Shown here in pieces: positions 16,407 to 19,015 of a DNA stretch of 19,015 nt. Numbering within the stretch: position 1 is the stretch's first letter; the number at the start of each line of letters is the position of its first letter. The notes under the pieces were generated by a model that worked only from the letters and a program-made list of their open reading frames with translations, was not told the origin of the DNA and ran no database searches. The stretch lies in NCBI GenBank assembly GCA_963813075.1, contig CAWEXU010000024.1, positions 1-19,015 on the forward strand. The letters run 5' to 3'. The translations under genes were made by a program, and so were the position numbers. This stretch comes from Methanotrichaceae archaeon. Lineage in GTDB: Archaea > Halobacteriota > Methanosarcinia > Methanotrichales > Methanotrichaceae.

Positions 16407-17600
16407 CTATTCTCCCTCCAGCTCCTCCACCCTGGCAAAGGCTACTTTTGCCTCCTCTGTCTTCCCCAGGGCTTCCAGCAGCATCGCTTTGTTGAACCAG
16501 GCTTTCAAGTAGTCCGGGTCCAGCCTTGTGGCCTCTTCAAAGCATACCAGAGCCTCATCCAGCCTGCCCATTTCGCCCAGTGCGCTTCCTTTGTTGTTCC
16601 AGGCAGGGGCCAATCTGGGATCAAGCCCGATCGCCTCATCGCTGGCGGTGAGGGCATCATCGAGCTTTCCCTGGGCGAGCAGAACGGCAGCCTTGCCGCT
16701 CCAGGCCTCGGCATAGCCGGGATCCAGACGGATGGCCATCTCGTAAGAAAGAATCGCATCTTCATGATTTCCCAGCTGATATTGGGCATTGCCTCTATTA
16801 TGCCAGGCGAGGGCATTATCCGGATCTATCTTGATGGCCTGATCATGGCACTCGAGCGCCTCCAGGTTTCGTCCCAGATAGCCGAGGGCTACGCCCTTAT
16901 TGGTCCAGGCCTCGGCATAGCTGGAATTGATAGCTATTGCCCTATCGTAAGCTTCTATGCCCTCCTCGAACCTGCCGAGCTTGTCCAAAGCTACCCCTTT
17001 GCCATTCCAGGCCCGAGCGAGATTGGGATCCAGACGGATGGACTCATCATAGGCTGCAATGCCCTCCACCTCTCTGCCGGTTATGGAGAGGAATTCAGCT
17101 TTATTCGCCCATGATTCCGCATTATCTGGATCAATACTTATGATAGTGCTGTAAACAGTGTCCAGTGCTTCCAGCATCTTGCCCTGGTATGATTGAGCAA
17201 GGCCCTTTCCCGACAACGCCAGGAAGTTTTCCGGATCAAGCTCTAGAGACCTGTTGAAGGCCATTTCCGCCTCGTCGTACCGGCTCAGGTTGACGAGAAC
17301 GAATCCTTTGAAGCACCAGGCATAACTGCTATTCGAGTCAAGTTCTATTGCTCTGTCACAGGCGAGCATCGCCTCATTATGCTTGCCCATACTATCGAGA
17401 GCATAGCATTTGAAGCTCCAGGCCGGGGAATAAAGAGGATCGATGCCGATCGCTTCATCAATAGTTGCAATCGCCTCATTGTACCGGCCCTGTTTGATGA
17501 GCTCATTTCCCTCAGCAATAAGGTCGTCAGTGGAATTCTGGCATTGTGCAGAGAATGTTAATACAAAAAGTACTGGCAAAAGGGCATAAATTGGCTTCAT
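16407..17600 (-). CDS. Secreted tetratricopeptide-repeat protein
   Basis: Signal peptide MKPIYALLPVLFVLTFSAQC followed by about ten 34-aa TPRs (AW.NKG.AL..LGR..EA...YD.AI.LDP). Confidence 0.92.
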   Translation of the reverse strand: MKPIYALLPVLFVLTFSAQCQNSTDDLIAEGNELIKQGRYNEAIATIDEAIGIDPLYSPAWSFKCYALDSMGKHNEAMLACDRAIELDSNSSYAWCFKGFVLVNLSRYDEAEMAFNRSLELDPENFLALSGKGLAQSYQGKMLEALDTVYSTIISIDPDNAESWANKAEFLSITGREVEGIAAYDESIRLDPNLARAWNGKGVALDKLGRFEEGIEAYDRAIAINSSYAEAWTNKGVALGYLGRNLEALECHDQAIKIDPDNALAWHNRGNAQYQLGNHEDAILSYEMAIRLDPGYAEAWSGKAAVLLAQGKLDDALTASDEAIGLDPRLAPAWNNKGSALGEMGRLDEALVCFEEATRLDPDYLKAWFNKAMLLEALGKTEEAKVAFARVEELEGE

Positions 17601-17865
17601 AAAATATAATAGGGGCTCAAGGTAGATATAACTATTTAATCATTGAAAATGTCGATAGAACCATATTTATGACAGGAACAGGTTGTTTGTACTTTGATGA
17701 CAATAATTTGTATCCAATATCAGTTGAGTCAGCGATGCATTTATCATTTAAGAAGTAAAAGTACTTAGATACATAAATCCATAGAATTATTGCAGATTAC
17801 AGCCCCACTATTGCCAGAGACGGCAGTGGTCAGAGTCAGAAAGATGCATGCAGGAGATGTTGTGA

Positions 17866-18643
17866 ATGAAAAGGATGATTTTGCTATTGTTGATGGTCGC
17901 CGCAGTGGCGATCTCCGGCTGCGCCCAGATGGAAGAGGGCAACGATCAGGGAAGTCTGGCAGCAGCAGACCGGGTGAGCAACGAGAGCGTGAACATAACC
18001 AGCGGTAACATGACCTATCCCGCTTATCTTGCCGCACCGGCAAAAGAGGGCAAGTGGCCCGGGGTGGTGATGATTCACTCTTTCAATGGCCTTGAGCCCG
18101 GCTACATCTCAATGGCAGATCAATTCGCCATGCAGGGATATGTGGTCCTGGCTGTTCAGTGGCAGACCTTCAACCGTTCCCCCAGCGATGCAGTTGGTGG
18201 CTGGCCTGGTGGATGATTCGGTCGCCTACCTCAAAAGCCGGGAGGATGTAGAAGATGATCGTCTCGGGCTGACCGGATTTTGCGCCGGCGGGAGATATAC
18301 CATGCTCCTCTTGCCCCAAATGAGCCAGTCGTTCAGCTCCGGGGTTGCATGGTACGGTTTCCCCTACCGGGGCGCTGATAACCAATCCAGACCAGTAGAC
18401 TTCATATCTGAGCTTGATGATCCCATGCTGATCATTCACGGGACTTACGATCAGCCCAGCAAGGTCTCGGAGATATACCAGTATGCTACAGAGCTGAATG
18501 CCACAGGAAAATACTTTGAGATGAAGGTCTACCAGGGTGAGCCGCATGGCTTCATGATCGAAGACGGCCAGCTTTCCCAGAGCTCACAAGCTAAGGATGC
18601 CTTCTGGCAGATGATAAGCTTCTTTGATAGAACGCTGAAATAG
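17866..18643 (+). CDS. Dienelactone hydrolase-family lipoprotein (+1 frameshift at ~18194)
   Basis: Lipobox AISGC; PGVVMIH, nucleophile elbow GFCAGG, IHGTYD and GEPHGF. The two ORFs join as SPSDAV-VAGLVDDSV if one T at 18194-18195 is removed. Confidence 0.88.
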
Positions 18644-18668
18644 GCCAGTGCAGCCCAACATAGCTCTA

Positions 18669-18710
18669 TTTTTTTATATATTCTTTTACATATTTTTTTA
18701 CATACTTTTC
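18669..18710 (+). terminator. Oligo-T tracts downstream of the hydrolase (archaeal-type terminator candidate)
   Basis: Several T4-T7 runs begin ~25 nt after the TAG at 18643. Confidence 0.5.
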
Positions 18711-18803
18711 ATTCTCTTGTTAGCTACCAAAGGATTGATTTTGCGGCTTTGCAGGATCTTAAAAGGTTCCTCGCTGTATCGAGTGGGTAATTGATCATGA
18801 ATT

Positions 18804-18913
18804 CTCTGTGAGTTCTCCGTGCGCTCTGTGTCTCTGTGGTGAACGTCCGTAACCATTTGGCTTAACCAGCGGCTAGCAACGTCTCAACCACAGAGCTCAC
18901 AGAGTTCACAGAG
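18804..18913. repeat. Inverted arrays of CTCTGTG/CACAGAG heptamers (REP-like long hairpin)
   Basis: Left arm: CTCTGTG 18804, CTCCGTG 18815, CTCTGTG 18824, CTCTGTG 18832, then GTGAACGT. Right arm: ACGTCTCAAC, then CACAGAG at 18889, 18898 and 18907 (9-nt period). Confidence 0.8.
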
Positions 18914-19015
18914 TGGGGTACGGAGACGAACTAAAACGGCAAAACAATAGTTCCCTGATTTTAACCCACAAGAAACAGCGAACAGCCCCTTAAAATGACC
19001 TCCGCAAAGCTCGAT

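Overview
Archaeal chromosome segment from a methanogen, most likely Methanothrix-like (inferred from archaeal-type mat, comD/comE, methanogenesis marker 16 and a secreted TPR protein). Positions 1-12.6 kb are GC-rich housekeeping genes: NRAMP 3' end, corA, mscS, engB, a YkgJ-type Cys-cluster protein, a HEAT-repeat protein, a radical SAM enzyme, Mrp/ApbC and mat. They end in a sulfur/coenzyme M block: a sulfonate-type ABC binding protein and permease with no ATPase, marker-16 (ComF candidate), comE and comD. Positions ~12.65-16.4 kb form a visibly AT-richer accessory patch: a Phd-like/PIN toxin-antitoxin pair, a GC-rich double-hairpin element, the remnant of a probable type I-G CRISPR locus (5'-truncated cas2, leader, partial first repeat), small orphan ORFs and two hicB genes without hicA. 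The window ends with a TPR protein, a dienelactone-hydrolase lipoprotein and an inverted CACAGAG-repeat element. Six genes carry single-base frameshifts, most likely long-read assembly errors. The least explained signals are a UAG-rich tandem array in the 5' leader of the ABC operon, the double hairpin at 13.86-13.95 kb and the CACAGAG inverted array. All family assignments come from motif recognition; no database searches were run.
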